64,000 nucleotides of DNA, taken from an uncultured bacterium (GTDB lineage Bacteria; Omnitrophota; Omnitrophia; Omnitrophales; Aquincolibacteriaceae). The notes under the pieces were generated by a model, which had not been told where the DNA came from, did no database searches, and saw only the letters and a program-made list of their open reading frames with translations. Both the position numbers and the translations under genes were made by a program. Below are positions 40,209-50,362 of the stretch, one piece after another. Location: positions 19,992 to 83,991 of the forward strand of contig CAYSSX010000009.1 of NCBI GenBank assembly GCA_964434115.1, written 5' to 3'. Position 1 is the first letter of the stretch. Every line of letters begins with the position of its first letter.

Positions 40209-40958
40209 TCAGTTTTTCAAATCAAAGGGTTTGTCCGCGCTCTGCAAGCGCTGCCAGGAAAGCACTCGCCCCTGAGCATCCATCACCAAGGCATCATAAG
40301 ATCCGTTGGCATTCATTTTTTTCCGGAGTCTATTTCCATTCTCTTCAAAGGCTTCTTCCAATCCTTCAAATCGCTCGGCCCGCTCTATGAGACGCGCGGA
40401 AAAAAGCCCGCCAGTCTGCCCCTTTCGCTCGAGAATATTGCCGGTCTCATCCAGTGAAATTTTGTCTTTGGCCTCATCACCGCTGGAAAGCCTGCGATGG
40501 CGGACGGCTGTACGGAGCTGGCCCTCTTCATCATAAGTGTAATGGTAGATTTCCTTGATCGCACCGCCAAGCCCCTGGACCGAAACCTCCACAACCCGGC
40601 CTCTGTCCCACTGATAAAGCCGCATCTCAACAAACCCAAGGTCATCGTAAATGCTTCTTTGTTTAATTCTGCCCCGTGAGTCAAAAAGGTCTTCATGGAG
40701 CAAGCGCCCGCGCGAATCTTTCACGGTTCTACGGACAGGCTGATTGCTGCGGTATTCGATCTCGGAGACTGTTTGAAAATCATGATCAATGGTTTTAGCG
40801 GTGAGCTTTTGACCGATATCGCTATACCGGGTTTCGCCGACAATATCACCGGAGTCATTTCTCGTAACATCCGAGTAGCCCTGGCCCGGGCCATGATTAA
40901 CGCGGTCTGTTTGGGAGTACGCGGGACCTGCAAGGAGGAACAAAAAAGACACGGCCAT
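40209..40958 (-). CDS. Secreted YD-repeat (Rhs-like repeat) protein, small
   Basis: Signal peptide MAVSFLFLLAGPAYSQ. Several G-x-x-x-Y-x-YD-x-x-G-R-L-type repeats (YHYTYDEEGQLRT, YDALVMDAQGRVLS, RYSDIGQKL). Confidence 0.65.
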   Translation of the reverse strand: MAVSFLFLLAGPAYSQTDRVNHGPGQGYSDVTRNDSGDIVGETRYSDIGQKLTAKTIDHDFQTVSEIEYRSNQPVRRTVKDSRGRLLHEDLFDSRGRIKQRSIYDDLGFVEMRLYQWDRGRVVEVSVQGLGGAIKEIYHYTYDEEGQLRTAVRHRRLSSGDEAKDKISLDETGNILERKGQTGGLFSARLIERAERFEGLEEAFEENGNRLRKKMNANGSYDALVMDAQGRVLSWQRLQSADKPFDLKN

Positions 40959-41007
40959 CAGACGGTTTAAAAAAAACTTCACGATGTCCCCCTTTCCTGC
41001 TCTCAGG

Positions 41008-41781
41008 TTAAATCCGTTCTCCACTTAGAATAACAATGGGGTAGGCAAAATAGATCTTACCTGTTTTTTGACGGACTCCAAGCCCTAATAAATTACGGCC
41101 AAGGTCTTCCTTCATCAGCCCTCTTATCTTATCCGCGTCTCCCGGATTTGGAAAGGACGCCTGAAGCTGCTCCTCCAGCTCCATCTCAACCTTGTAGAAA
41201 GCCTTTTGAATATTTTGGAGTCCTTCGTTTTGCGCCAGAGCCAGAAGTTCCTTGAGTGATAAGGCACGGACATGCGAAGGATCTCTCAATTTCTCCAAAT
41301 GATTATAGGCTTCCGCCTGCCCTGGATCTTCAGAAGTGAATACATCCACAACCATGACACGGCCTCCGGCTCTCGTCACACGAATCATTTCTTTTAAAAC
41401 CCCCCGAGGATCCGGGAAATGGTGAAAGGAATAGCGGGTTACAGCCAACGAAAAAGAACCGCTCTTATAAGGCAGCGGCTGCACATCCCCAACAATCCAG
41501 TCCAGATTGGAAAAGCCTTTTTCCTTCTGAAGTTTCCTGGCGCGTTCAATCATCGCCGGCGTCAGATCAATCCCGGTCACGCGCCGGACCTTCGGAGCAA
41601 ACGCACAGGCCACAATACCCGGGCCGCAGGCAACATCCAGAACCTCATCCCGGGAATTCGCCCCGGAGAGTTGAACAACAAGATCAAGCGACTCCCGGCT
41701 GGTATGTCCTTTCATCTCGGAAAAAGGAACAGCCTGCTTTGTAAACTGTTCAAGAATGCGCTGCCGGTGTAAGTCTTCCAT
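41008..41781 (-). CDS. Class I SAM-dependent methyltransferase
   Basis: VLDVACGPGIVACAF motif I, acidic post-I GIDLTP, motif II DWIVGDVQ. Confidence 0.8.
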   Translation of the reverse strand: MEDLHRQRILEQFTKQAVPFSEMKGHTSRESLDLVVQLSGANSRDEVLDVACGPGIVACAFAPKVRRVTGIDLTPAMIERARKLQKEKGFSNLDWIVGDVQPLPYKSGSFSLAVTRYSFHHFPDPRGVLKEMIRVTRAGGRVMVVDVFTSEDPGQAEAYNHLEKLRDPSHVRALSLKELLALAQNEGLQNIQKAFYKVEMELEEQLQASFPNPGDADKIRGLMKEDLGRNLLGLGVRQKTGKIYFAYPIVILSGERI

Positions 41782-41830
41782 GTGATGTTTCCCCTTAATA
41801 AGAATAGCCCATCCGGCGGAATGGGCTAAA

Positions 41831-41865
41831 TAAAAAACCCATCCTTTTGAGGATGGGCGCTTTTG
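41831..41865 (-). terminator. Intrinsic terminator downstream of ion-channel-like gene
   Basis: CCCATCC-ttttga-GGATGGG hairpin followed (minus strand) by TTTTTTATTT. Confidence 0.8.
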
Positions 41866-42011
41866 GATTCTACTTTGTCTGGAACAACCCCTTAAAAACG
41901 CCTCCCCTTACCGCTCAAAAAGCGATAGAAGCCGGGAGAAAAACTGTTTTTTAAGATTCATGTTCTTCATTGGTTCGGGATTCTACCAAATTCCCGGCGC
42001 AAACAAAATCC

Positions 42012-42431
42012 TCATTTCCCTTTCTTTTTAAGATATTCCAGCTCTTCTTCCATTTTGAGTTTTCCAAGATGCAGGAGTTTTCCGAAGAAAGGACCAAAAA
42101 GGAAGCCGAAGGAAGCGACCATGGATCCCACGGAAATAAAGGCAATCGCACAGGTGAACAATTTTCCGGTAACGGTCGCAGGGGTCACATTGGGGGCCGG
42201 GCCCTGGCCAGTCGCAATCATGCTCGTAAAATAAAATGCGTCAACGAAAGAAAATTTCTCGATCCAGTGAAGCCCCAGCGTCCCCACGCCAAGAACGGCG
42301 GTGATCAATCCAAGACAATAAAGCCCCCTGTTCACTGGGGAGTGATAATGATGCTTTCGAGTTTCATGGGTTTGGTTTCCAGACATGCTGTCCCCCTTGT
42401 AAGGCCGTAAGATTATCGGCTGACTTGGCAA
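42012..42431 (-). CDS. Small 2-TM pore-loop ion channel-like protein with atypical filter (TGQGP)
   Basis: TM1, a pore helix (FVDAFYFTSMIATGQGPAP) and TM2 match K+ channel / Ion_trans_2 topology, but the selectivity sequence is T-G-Q-G rather than T-V-G-Y-G. Confidence 0.55.
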   Translation of the reverse strand: MPSQPIILRPYKGDSMSGNQTHETRKHHYHSPVNRGLYCLGLITAVLGVGTLGLHWIEKFSFVDAFYFTSMIATGQGPAPNVTPATVTGKLFTCAIAFISVGSMVASFGFLFGPFFGKLLHLGKLKMEEELEYLKKKGK

Positions 42432-42446
42432 AAAAACAAACCCTGT

Positions 42447-43208
42447 TCAGGCGGAAAGTGCTCCGAGCGTTTGGGAAAGTTTTTCGGGAAGGGGTGACTC
42501 AATCCGGAGAAGCTCCAGCGTTGCGGGGTGCTGAATTTCGATCATCGACGCATGCAGGAACAAACGCCGCAAACCAAATTCCCGGCGGAGCTTTTTGTTT
42601 AAAGGAAAATTACCGTAGATCTCATCGCCAATGAGTTCATGCCTGCGGTACGCGGCCTGGACCCGGATTTGGTGAGTACGGCCGGTGTGGAGTTCAATCT
42701 CGACAAGCGAAAGCCCCTGTTTGGGAAAGAAGTGCTTCACCCGGTAGGAAAGCTTCGCATTCGGCGCGCCTGAATGCATGACTCTCGATCTCACGCGTCC
42801 CGCCTGCCTCTGGGTTCCAATCGCGTCCTGCCAGCGGCCCGTAGCAGGCTGCACCCGGCCGGTCATCAGGGCCGTATAAATCTTCCGGATTTGTCCGTCC
42901 TCGAAAAGCTTGCGGCATTTCTCAGCCATAGGCTTTGTGCGCGTTGCGACCAGCACGCCTGAGGTATCCTGGTCAAGACGGTGAATCAGCCAAATCGTTC
43001 CTTCCGGCGTCTGAAAAGAGCGTTCTTCGAAATCATACGCGCCCTCAAAGGCAGCTCTCGTCTGGGTTTGATCCCCTTTGGCTCCCTTGCTGGGATTGGG
43101 GTGAGACAGAACCCCTTCCGGCTTATCCACCACAATAAGCCCGTTTTCGTCATAAAGAACCGGACAGCGGGTCATGGAAAGTTTTTCTGGCTTTGACATA
43201 AGGCGCAT
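42447..43208 (-). CDS. RluA-family pseudouridine synthase
   Basis: HRLDQDTSGVLVA catalytic Asp motif. Confidence 0.85.
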   Translation of the reverse strand: MRLMSKPEKLSMTRCPVLYDENGLIVVDKPEGVLSHPNPSKGAKGDQTQTRAAFEGAYDFEERSFQTPEGTIWLIHRLDQDTSGVLVATRTKPMAEKCRKLFEDGQIRKIYTALMTGRVQPATGRWQDAIGTQRQAGRVRSRVMHSGAPNAKLSYRVKHFFPKQGLSLVEIELHTGRTHQIRVQAAYRRHELIGDEIYGNFPLNKKLRREFGLRRLFLHASMIEIQHPATLELLRIESPLPEKLSQTLGALSA

Positions 43209-43281
43209 AGGATAAGCGTTTCGAGGCTGACGTGGAAGGAAAAAGAAAATGTCTTTTGCGCGGCCGCTTTAAATCAAAAAA

Positions 43282-45258
43282 TTATTCATAGCGAAGCGCG
43301 CGGATGGGATCTAAGCGTGAAGCTTCTTTGGCCGGCCAAAGGCCAAAAATAATGCCGACCCCGGCGGAAAAAACAAAACCCAGAATCATCGAATCCGGAG
43401 AAACAACGGTTCGCCAGCCGGCGAAATGGGTAATCAGAACGGAACTGAGAACTCCCAGGAAAATTCCGGCAATTCCACCGATAAACGTGATCGTAAGCGC
43501 CTCGACGAGAAATTGAGAAAGGATATCGCCCGGCGAAGCTCCAAGCGCTTTTCGCAGGCCGATCTCGCGGGTTCTTTCCTTCACGGAGACAAGCATGATA
43601 TTCATAATTCCAATGCCTCCGACCACAAGCGAAATCGCGGCCACGGCCCCCAAGAGCGTGGAGACAGTCTTCGTGGTCGCGGAAAGGGCGTTTTGAAGAT
43701 CGGCAAAATTCCGGATTTGGAAACTCTCACGGTTGTCCGGTGCGAGCCTATGCCGGCGGTTAACAAGTCTTTTAATGTCTTTTTCAGCTCCGGGGATCTC
43801 TTCAGGCGATGCAATTTGAACATCCATCTGATCAATAAAATCCTTCCCGAAAATTCTCCGCATCGCGGTCGCAAGAGGAATCATTACCACATCATCCTGA
43901 TCACGGAAAGTGCTCGATCCCATCGAAGGAAGAAGCCCTATCACCTGGAAATTGCTCCGGTTGATTTTGATCATTTTCCCAACCGGATTTTGACTCTCTT
44001 TTCCGAAGAGTTCACGCGCCACAGTCTGACCGATAAGGGCCACCCTTTTTCGGGCCAGGTCTTCTTCGGAAGTGAAAAATCTTCCGATCACCGGTTCCTG
44101 ACCGCGGATCTGAAAATACTCCCCGGTCGTTCCTGTCACGCGGGTACTCCAGTTTTTACTGCCGAACACGACTTGCGCCTGACCTGACACTTGGGGGGCC
44201 ACAGCCTTGACCCCGCTGACGGTTTCCTGAATTGCAGCGGCATCTTCAATGGTGAGGCGTGTGGCGGCTCCGGCCTCCATGTTCACCCCTTGCACCCGCA
44301 CATTTCCGGGACGCACCGAAAGCATGTTAGACCCAAGCCGCGCAAGTTCCTGAGTAATCGATTCACGCGCTCCCCGGCCCAAAGCCATAATGGCAATGAC
44401 GCAGGCCACACCGATCAGAACTCCGAGCATGGAAAGCATGGAGCGGAGTTTGTTTGACCGGACCATTCTCAGAGCCTGCCGGAGATTTTCACGCAATTGA
44501 AGCGGAGAATAGGGGCTCCTTGCTGCGGCAGGGGCAAGCGCCTGAAAGGTTTCTCCTGAACTGTTTTTTTTCAGGGGCTTGCTTCTCTCGTCCTTAACAA
44601 TCCGGCCATCGTGCATACGTATAATACGGTCTGTCTGCTGAGCCACTTTTTCATCATGCGTCACAATGACAATCGTCATTCCTCCGGCATGAAGTTCCCG
44701 GAAAATAGCCATCACCTCTTCGCCTGACTTGGAATCCAGGTTTCCAGTCGGTTCATCGGCGAGAATCAGAAAGGGTTCCTGAACAAGCGCGCGGGCAATC
44801 GCGACACGCTGCTGCTGTCCGCCGGAAAGCTGGTTCGGAGTGTGGTCAAGGCGATTGGCCAGCCCGACCCGTGTCAGCATTTCTTCGGGCTTTCCGTGAA
44901 GCTTCTGCATGCGCGTGGAGTCCGCGTAGAAAAGAGGCAGTCCGGCGTTCTCAAGCGCGGAGGCCCGCGTCATCAGATTAAACTGTTGAAACACAAAGCC
45001 AATAGCCTGGTTTCTCAAAAAGGCCGCTTGTTCCTCCGTCAACTTTGAAACATCACGGCCGCAAAAACGCAGCGTTCCTTGATCGGGGGTGTCCAGAAAT
45101 CCGAGAAGATGCATCAGCGTGGATTTACCGGAACCGGAAGCTCCCATGATGGCGACAAAATCACCCGCTTCAATGGAAAAGGAAACATCCTGAAGGGCTT
45201 TGACCTCAATGGTCCCGATCCAGTAGGTTTTGGAGAGATTTTCAGCTTGGAGGATCAT
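43282..45258 (-). CDS. macB: MacB-type ABC transporter (fused ATPase plus FtsX-like permease)
   Basis: Walker [10 protein letters not shown], signature LSGGQQQR, Walker B ILADEP. A C-terminal four-TM FtsX domain follows a large periplasmic loop. Confidence 0.9.
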   Translation of the reverse strand: MILQAENLSKTYWIGTIEVKALQDVSFSIEAGDFVAIMGASGSGKSTLMHLLGFLDTPDQGTLRFCGRDVSKLTEEQAAFLRNQAIGFVFQQFNLMTRASALENAGLPLFYADSTRMQKLHGKPEEMLTRVGLANRLDHTPNQLSGGQQQRVAIARALVQEPFLILADEPTGNLDSKSGEEVMAIFRELHAGGMTIVIVTHDEKVAQQTDRIIRMHDGRIVKDERSKPLKKNSSGETFQALAPAAARSPYSPLQLRENLRQALRMVRSNKLRSMLSMLGVLIGVACVIAIMALGRGARESITQELARLGSNMLSVRPGNVRVQGVNMEAGAATRLTIEDAAAIQETVSGVKAVAPQVSGQAQVVFGSKNWSTRVTGTTGEYFQIRGQEPVIGRFFTSEEDLARKRVALIGQTVARELFGKESQNPVGKMIKINRSNFQVIGLLPSMGSSTFRDQDDVVMIPLATAMRRIFGKDFIDQMDVQIASPEEIPGAEKDIKRLVNRRHRLAPDNRESFQIRNFADLQNALSATTKTVSTLLGAVAAISLVVGGIGIMNIMLVSVKERTREIGLRKALGASPGDILSQFLVEALTITFIGGIAGIFLGVLSSVLITHFAGWRTVVSPDSMILGFVFSAGVGIIFGLWPAKEASRLDPIRALRYE

Positions 45259-46256
45259 GAACGGTTAGCGGGCGGCCGATTGCCGGTCGCTGAAAAAGGG
45301 TTGCCGCCCTGAGGGGTTTGTTTACGCCGCACAATAACGATTTCATCACCTTCGTTTAAACCTTCGAGGATCTGGGTCATGCTTCCGTCTGTTTCGCCGA
45401 TTTTGACAGCAATGGGAGAAGGTTTCCCGATCACAGCTTTTTTATAAACAACAAACCCTCCCGATCCCCGCTTCTCATCACTTTTGGAACTTTTGGCGCG
45501 TGAAGTAACAGCTTCAGAAGGCACAAGCAATGCGTCCGGGCACTCAGAAACAATAAAGGTCACATCAGCCGTCATACCGCTCCGGAAGGAGGGGGGTACT
45601 TCTCCGGGCAGAATATCCACGCGGTAAACATTCACGTTGTTGAGTAAGGTGCTTTCGTAACTAATGTGATCCACATTCGCTTCCAAAACCCGGTCAGGAT
45701 AAGCATCCAGGCGGATCTGGGTTTTTTGACCAAGCTTGATCAGGGATAAATCCGTCTCATCAACCTGCGCGTTGACAATTAAGCGGTCGGAAACCACCAC
45801 CACAGGATCCGCGGTAGTCACGGTCTGTCCAGGCTCTACCGACCGGACAATCACGGTTCCATCCATGGGCGCAATCAGCGGGGCGGGTTTGTAGGCCTTT
45901 TCCCAGCGCTCTACAGCTTCGGGTCCTTGCGCCCGGGCCGCGTCCAGCAGGGCCGCGCGTTCCGTGGAGCTCATCCAGGCCATCACCTGCCCATGTTTCA
46001 CCTGCTCACCTTCCCTCACAAGCATTTCCTCAACACGGCCTGCGATGGGAGGCTTGACCTCGAGACGGTTCTGCGGTTTTACTTCACCGGTCGCGGAAAT
46101 CGTCACCGTCAAATTGCCGCGTTTTACTTTCGCGGTACGCAGGATTTCAAGTTCTCCGGCACGCTTTCCGCAGCCCATCATGCCGGCAGGGATGAGTACA
46201 GAAAGAATCACAACCAGGCTTGTCCCAAGATACTTTTTCCTATTTTCAATTTTCAA
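45255..46256 (-). CDS. macA: Efflux periplasmic adaptor (membrane fusion) protein, MacA/HlyD family
   Basis: N-terminal lipobox-like anchor plus the coiled-coil and beta-barrel pattern of MFPs. Overlaps macB by 4 nt. Confidence 0.85.
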   Translation of the reverse strand: MKIENRKKYLGTSLVVILSVLIPAGMMGCGKRAGELEILRTAKVKRGNLTVTISATGEVKPQNRLEVKPPIAGRVEEMLVREGEQVKHGQVMAWMSSTERAALLDAARAQGPEAVERWEKAYKPAPLIAPMDGTVIVRSVEPGQTVTTADPVVVVSDRLIVNAQVDETDLSLIKLGQKTQIRLDAYPDRVLEANVDHISYESTLLNNVNVYRVDILPGEVPPSFRSGMTADVTFIVSECPDALLVPSEAVTSRAKSSKSDEKRGSGGFVVYKKAVIGKPSPIAVKIGETDGSMTQILEGLNEGDEIVIVRRKQTPQGGNPFSATGNRPPANRS

Positions 46257-47589
46257 GCAGCAGCTCCTCCAGGGTCAGCCCCTTTGAAAAATCCCACTCC
46301 GCCTCCCGGACCAATGCCGCGGCAAGAGCTTCCACATAATTTTTTTGGGAGTCCGAAAGATCTTGTTCCGCCAAATCGAAATCCTGATAGTTCACAAGCC
46401 CCGTGGTGTATTGGGAGCGGATAATATCCGACCGCTCAATCGAGGCTTCCAGAAAACGGCGGCGGACCTCGACCGCGTCCACGGCATTGCGGAGCGCCAT
46501 CCAGGCCTCAGCCTGCTGAACCGCGGTTTCATCACGAAGGCTTCGCGCGGCCGCCATAGATCCTGAAAAATCAGATTTCGCGCGCCGTATGCCCTGAATG
46601 TTACTCCCTCCTTCAAAAAGAGGGACGGACACCCGGAGGCCGAGAAAAGAATCGTCGCGGAGGCCGGAAGCTGTTTCTCCGGAATTTCCATACGCATAGA
46701 CGCCTTCGGCCTGCGGCCACAACTCTCCTTGAGCGGAAAGCACCCCGGCTTTTAAACCTTCGGCCGTTTTCAGGGCCTGCTGGACTCTCGGATTTTTCTC
46801 AGCCAGCTTTGAAAAATCCGGTTCCTCCGCGCTGAGCTTCGGCGTTAACGCTTCCAAATCCCCTTCCGCGTGAAACGGCACAATAAAGTCACCGCCAAGC
46901 TCACGGCTCATGCGCATGGACTGGCTTTGAATCAGCCGTTCAGTTTGGCGCACGTCAAAGGCGGCCTGCCCTGCGATCGCGCGCGCCCGAAGGCTGGAAC
47001 CCAAATGTTCCCGTCCCGCCTCATACCGGAGCTGAATCAAGTCAGCATTTTTTTTGCGCCGCTCTTCAATATTCCGGAAAGTCTCAAGCAGGCGTTCAAG
47101 ACGCATCAGATCAATATACACGGATCGCAGCCGGAAACGCACTTGTGCGCTGGTATCGAGATAGGCATACTCCTCGGCTTCAAGGTCACGCCGGGCTTTC
47201 AGAAAATCACCCGTAATGCGCAGTCCGGTAAACAGGGGCTGGGTCACGGTCAAGCCAAGCCCCAAGCCATCTTGAGAAGGGCCTGTGCCTGAAGTCCGGC
47301 TGTAGCTCCGGTCAAGGCTGCCTTCGGCTGAAGGCAGATACTCTGATAGGGCGATGTCGCGGGAACGGGCTGCGGATTCTACCTGAAAACGGGCTTCGTG
47401 AAGGTCGGGGTTATTTGCGGCAGCTTCGCGGGCCACCTGTTTCCATCCTAAAGCTTCAGAACCCGCGGCGTGGCGGATTTGAAGCTCCTGGAGCTTGACT
47501 CCAAGACAGCCGCTGAAAAAAAGAACTCCGGCCAGCATAAAGAGCCGGCGGATAGAAAACGGCATGCTGGAGATTCGAAGGATTTTCAT
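46246..47589 (-). CDS. TolC-family outer-membrane efflux protein
   Basis: 447 aa, signal peptide, two repeat halves of the OEP family. Confidence 0.85.
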   Translation of the reverse strand: MKILRISSMPFSIRRLFMLAGVLFFSGCLGVKLQELQIRHAAGSEALGWKQVAREAAANNPDLHEARFQVESAARSRDIALSEYLPSAEGSLDRSYSRTSGTGPSQDGLGLGLTVTQPLFTGLRITGDFLKARRDLEAEEYAYLDTSAQVRFRLRSVYIDLMRLERLLETFRNIEERRKKNADLIQLRYEAGREHLGSSLRARAIAGQAAFDVRQTERLIQSQSMRMSRELGGDFIVPFHAEGDLEALTPKLSAEEPDFSKLAEKNPRVQQALKTAEGLKAGVLSAQGELWPQAEGVYAYGNSGETASGLRDDSFLGLRVSVPLFEGGSNIQGIRRAKSDFSGSMAAARSLRDETAVQQAEAWMALRNAVDAVEVRRRFLEASIERSDIIRSQYTTGLVNYQDFDLAEQDLSDSQKNYVEALAAALVREAEWDFSKGLTLEELLLEN

Positions 47590-47764
47590 TTTGGACAGAT
47601 TCTTGAATCAATTAACCGGGGATTTGGTTCCGTTGCTTCTTTAGACGCCTGAATACGGAAAAAGTGTCACCGTATTTTGGAGACATACTAACGCATCCCA
47701 GCCCTGATAAAAACCTTTTTCCCTTAAAATCACAGGAGAGCTGCGGATCGTTCGAGGAGAAAGA

Positions 47765-48529
47765 CTACGCCCTTTGAGGGGCCCTCAAAGCGTCTTCAAT
47801 GCGGAAGCGGATTGGAATCACAAGCTTTGACTCGGTGGCCATAAATCCCATTTTTCCGGGATTGAACTTCCATTTTTTGACGGCTTTCAAGGCGGCCTTA
47901 TCAAGCAGGGAAAACCCTGAGCTTTGCTTCAATTCAACGCTCTGGGAGTGTCCATACTTATCCACCACAACAGAAAGCAGCACAAGACCTTCCTGTCCTT
48001 TAAGAACCGCTTCACGGGGATAAGGCGGCGGTGGATTTTTCAGGTAGCCGGGACGCCCCTCTGCCGAAGCTTCCCCCGCGGAAAAGAAAGTCGTGGAACT
48101 CTCGCCCGGTTCCTGAGAACTTCCATCCCCTTTATGCTCAGGATCCTCCGACACACGGGTGTTGGGCGTTTCTTTTTCTACAGGCGTCTCGTCTCCGGGC
48201 TGCACCACGGGAGCAGGAATTTCCATCTCCGGTTTTTCTTCAGCAGCCTCAGGCGGAGGGACTTCGATTCCCTGAGTGGTTTGTTCAGGAAGCGCGGCGA
48301 TCATCGAGATCTCCATGCCGCCGTCAGTCAGCGCGATCGCATATTCAGCAGGCTTTACAAAGGCTGCCCCCCCCAGGATAAAAAGAAAGGCGTGCACGGC
48401 CAAGGCCAGAAAAAAACTCAGGAGATAAGGCCGTTTTTCTTCCGCCGGATTTTTCCAGGCTGAAATTTTACGGGCCCCGGAGCAGCCCGGTAAAACAAGA
48501 GTTTCTTTTTCGAGCATCAATGTGGTCAT
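47765..48529 (-). CDS. tonB: Energy transducer TonB
   Basis: N-terminal TM anchor, Pro/Glu-rich spacer (PPPEAAEEKPEMEIPAPVVQP), and C-terminal TonB domain (GLVLLSVVVDKYG...ALKAVKKWKFNPG). Confidence 0.85.
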   Translation of the reverse strand: MTTLMLEKETLVLPGCSGARKISAWKNPAEEKRPYLLSFFLALAVHAFLFILGGAAFVKPAEYAIALTDGGMEISMIAALPEQTTQGIEVPPPEAAEEKPEMEIPAPVVQPGDETPVEKETPNTRVSEDPEHKGDGSSQEPGESSTTFFSAGEASAEGRPGYLKNPPPPYPREAVLKGQEGLVLLSVVVDKYGHSQSVELKQSSGFSLLDKAALKAVKKWKFNPGKMGFMATESKLVIPIRFRIEDALRAPQRA

Positions 48530-48975
48530 GGTTTTTGAACCTCAGGGACAGCCGCTTCCTGGGAAGTTTGACCATTCCCCGTTTGAAGCGCAACTTTTGT
48601 AATTCCTAACTTTCTCACTTCATCAAGCACCTGAACAGCACTGCCAAAATTCGCCTTCTCATCTCCGTGGATAAAAATTTTCATTTCCGGGTTAGCCTCT
48701 TTTAGCTGCTTAAGCCGGCCCGAAAGCTCCGCAAGATTGATTTTCTCTTTGTCCAAATAAAGAAAACCTTCCTCCGTCACAGTCAGGGTGGTGAAGGCTT
48801 TGCGTTCCTGCGGCGCACTCGTCGCGGCCACGGGAAGGTTCACAGGGATTCCCTGATTTTTGATCATCGATAAAGAAACCATCACAAAGGTCGCGAGCAA
48901 AAAGAAAACGATATCAATCAAGGGGATGATCTCAATCCTTGCACGCTTGCGATGGGAGGGTGACGGAATTCTCAT
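48526..48975 (-). CDS. exbD: Biopolymer transport protein ExbD/TolR
   Basis: 149 aa, single TM (IPLIDIVFFLLATFVMV), ExbD family. Confidence 0.85.
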   Translation of the reverse strand: MRIPSPSHRKRARIEIIPLIDIVFFLLATFVMVSLSMIKNQGIPVNLPVAATSAPQERKAFTTLTVTEEGFLYLDKEKINLAELSGRLKQLKEANPEMKIFIHGDEKANFGSAVQVLDEVRKLGITKVALQTGNGQTSQEAAVPEVQKP

Positions 48976-49586
48976 ACGCGGGAAGGCTGAGTCAGAAGAA
49001 GTTCCAAATGTGTTGAAGCATCTTCAATCTCATGCCGGGCCTCCTCCAGACGGCCATTTAAATAATTGAATGGCAGCAGCGATACAATCGCAATCGAAAG
49101 GCCAAAAGCCGTGGCAATAAGCGCTTCCGCGATGCCGCCTGTAATGGCTGCGGGAGCATCCAAATCCTGCCCGCCCAAAAGACTGAAAGCGTGGATCATT
49201 CCGGTCACCGTTCCCAAAAGCCCGAGCAGCGGCGAAAGGGTAATAATGGTGTCGAGAACCACAAGCCCCTGATTGAATCTTTTAAGCTCGAGACTGGCGG
49301 CCCTGAGAAGGGCGTTCGAAAACGATTTCTCAATATTGGAAAGTCCGTAGACAAGCGTTCTCGCAACAAAATCCTTACTCCCCTGGCCTGTGGTGATGGC
49401 AAGATCCACATCGCCATCCTCTACGGCTTCCAGAATCTTCTCGACGATCTCCGGTTTTCTCCGGGCCTTCTCTTTCACAATGAAAATAATTCTTTCAATC
49501 ACCACCATTGTGGCCACAAGTGACGTGAAAAGAAGCGGCCACATAATGGGCCCGCCTTTGTGAAATAAGTCCATGAGGCTTATCAT
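48972..49586 (-). CDS. exbB: MotA/TolQ/ExbB proton-channel protein
   Basis: Three TM helices with the conserved TVTGMIHAF / GGIAEALIATAFGL region. Confidence 0.85.
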   Translation of the reverse strand: MISLMDLFHKGGPIMWPLLFTSLVATMVVIERIIFIVKEKARRKPEIVEKILEAVEDGDVDLAITTGQGSKDFVARTLVYGLSNIEKSFSNALLRAASLELKRFNQGLVVLDTIITLSPLLGLLGTVTGMIHAFSLLGGQDLDAPAAITGGIAEALIATAFGLSIAIVSLLPFNYLNGRLEEARHEIEDASTHLELLLTQPSRV

Positions 49587-49596
49587 AAAAATTCCC

Positions 49597-50319
49597 TTAA
49601 CCTTCCTTATTGTTTTTTTCTAATGAGAGCGTCATATGATGCCGTTCGGCCTCATAATCCTTGCCTTCAAAGCTGCCTTTTTTTTCAACCGTACGCGTAG
49701 TCTCGGCCACATACAGCCCCGGCCAGGGGCGTTCCAGCGTAACCCATCCGTCCTTCCCGGATTTAAACGCTTTTGTCCATCCGTTCGGACCCGTGAGTTC
49801 GACCTTTTGATCCGCAAGCGGCGCGCCTTCGAAAAAAACCTGTACCTTGTCTGAATTCTCTGATGACGGAACCATGTCCAGCGTGAGTTCCGGTTTTAAA
49901 ACCGTCTGTGTTTCACCTGCGAAACGCGCGTACAAAAAAGAACGGGCCGGCCCCGCAGCTGGCGAGGCCTGAGTCATACCTTCTTTTTTCTGGTGATCCG
50001 CGCCGGTGCGAACCGCAAGATTCACATCCTGCGCAATCACATCGCCGCCGCGGGCATTCAACCCCAGCCGGTCTTTGGATTTTCCGGAATTCAAAGCGAT
50101 ACGCTTACCGGCTTCAACCGCCCAGGCCTCCAGATGAGAAATCTTATCGAGTTTTTCACCGGTTTTTTCGCGTAAGCCTTCGCCGTATTCGCCAAAGCAA
50201 ACACCAAGGTCCCCGCTCGCATCTTTCTCAATCCATAAAGAATGCGCCTGAAGCGCGGCCGGACCGGAAAAAACAAACGCCGTCACAATCAGTAAAGAAA
50301 ACACGGAGTGTTTTTTCAT
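49597..50319 (-). CDS. DUF4198 (COG5266-like) periplasmic protein associated with TonB-dependent uptake
   Basis: Signal peptide followed by the HSLWIE start typical of the family. Embedded in the iron-uptake operon. Confidence 0.6.
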   Translation of the reverse strand: MKKHSVFSLLIVTAFVFSGPAALQAHSLWIEKDASGDLGVCFGEYGEGLREKTGEKLDKISHLEAWAVEAGKRIALNSGKSKDRLGLNARGGDVIAQDVNLAVRTGADHQKKEGMTQASPAAGPARSFLYARFAGETQTVLKPELTLDMVPSSENSDKVQVFFEGAPLADQKVELTGPNGWTKAFKSGKDGWVTLERPWPGLYVAETTRTVEKKGSFEGKDYEAERHHMTLSLEKNNKEG

Positions 50320-50362
50320 TTTGTCTTTCCTTAAACTGCAAAAATTCCGCAGAAATAAAATT

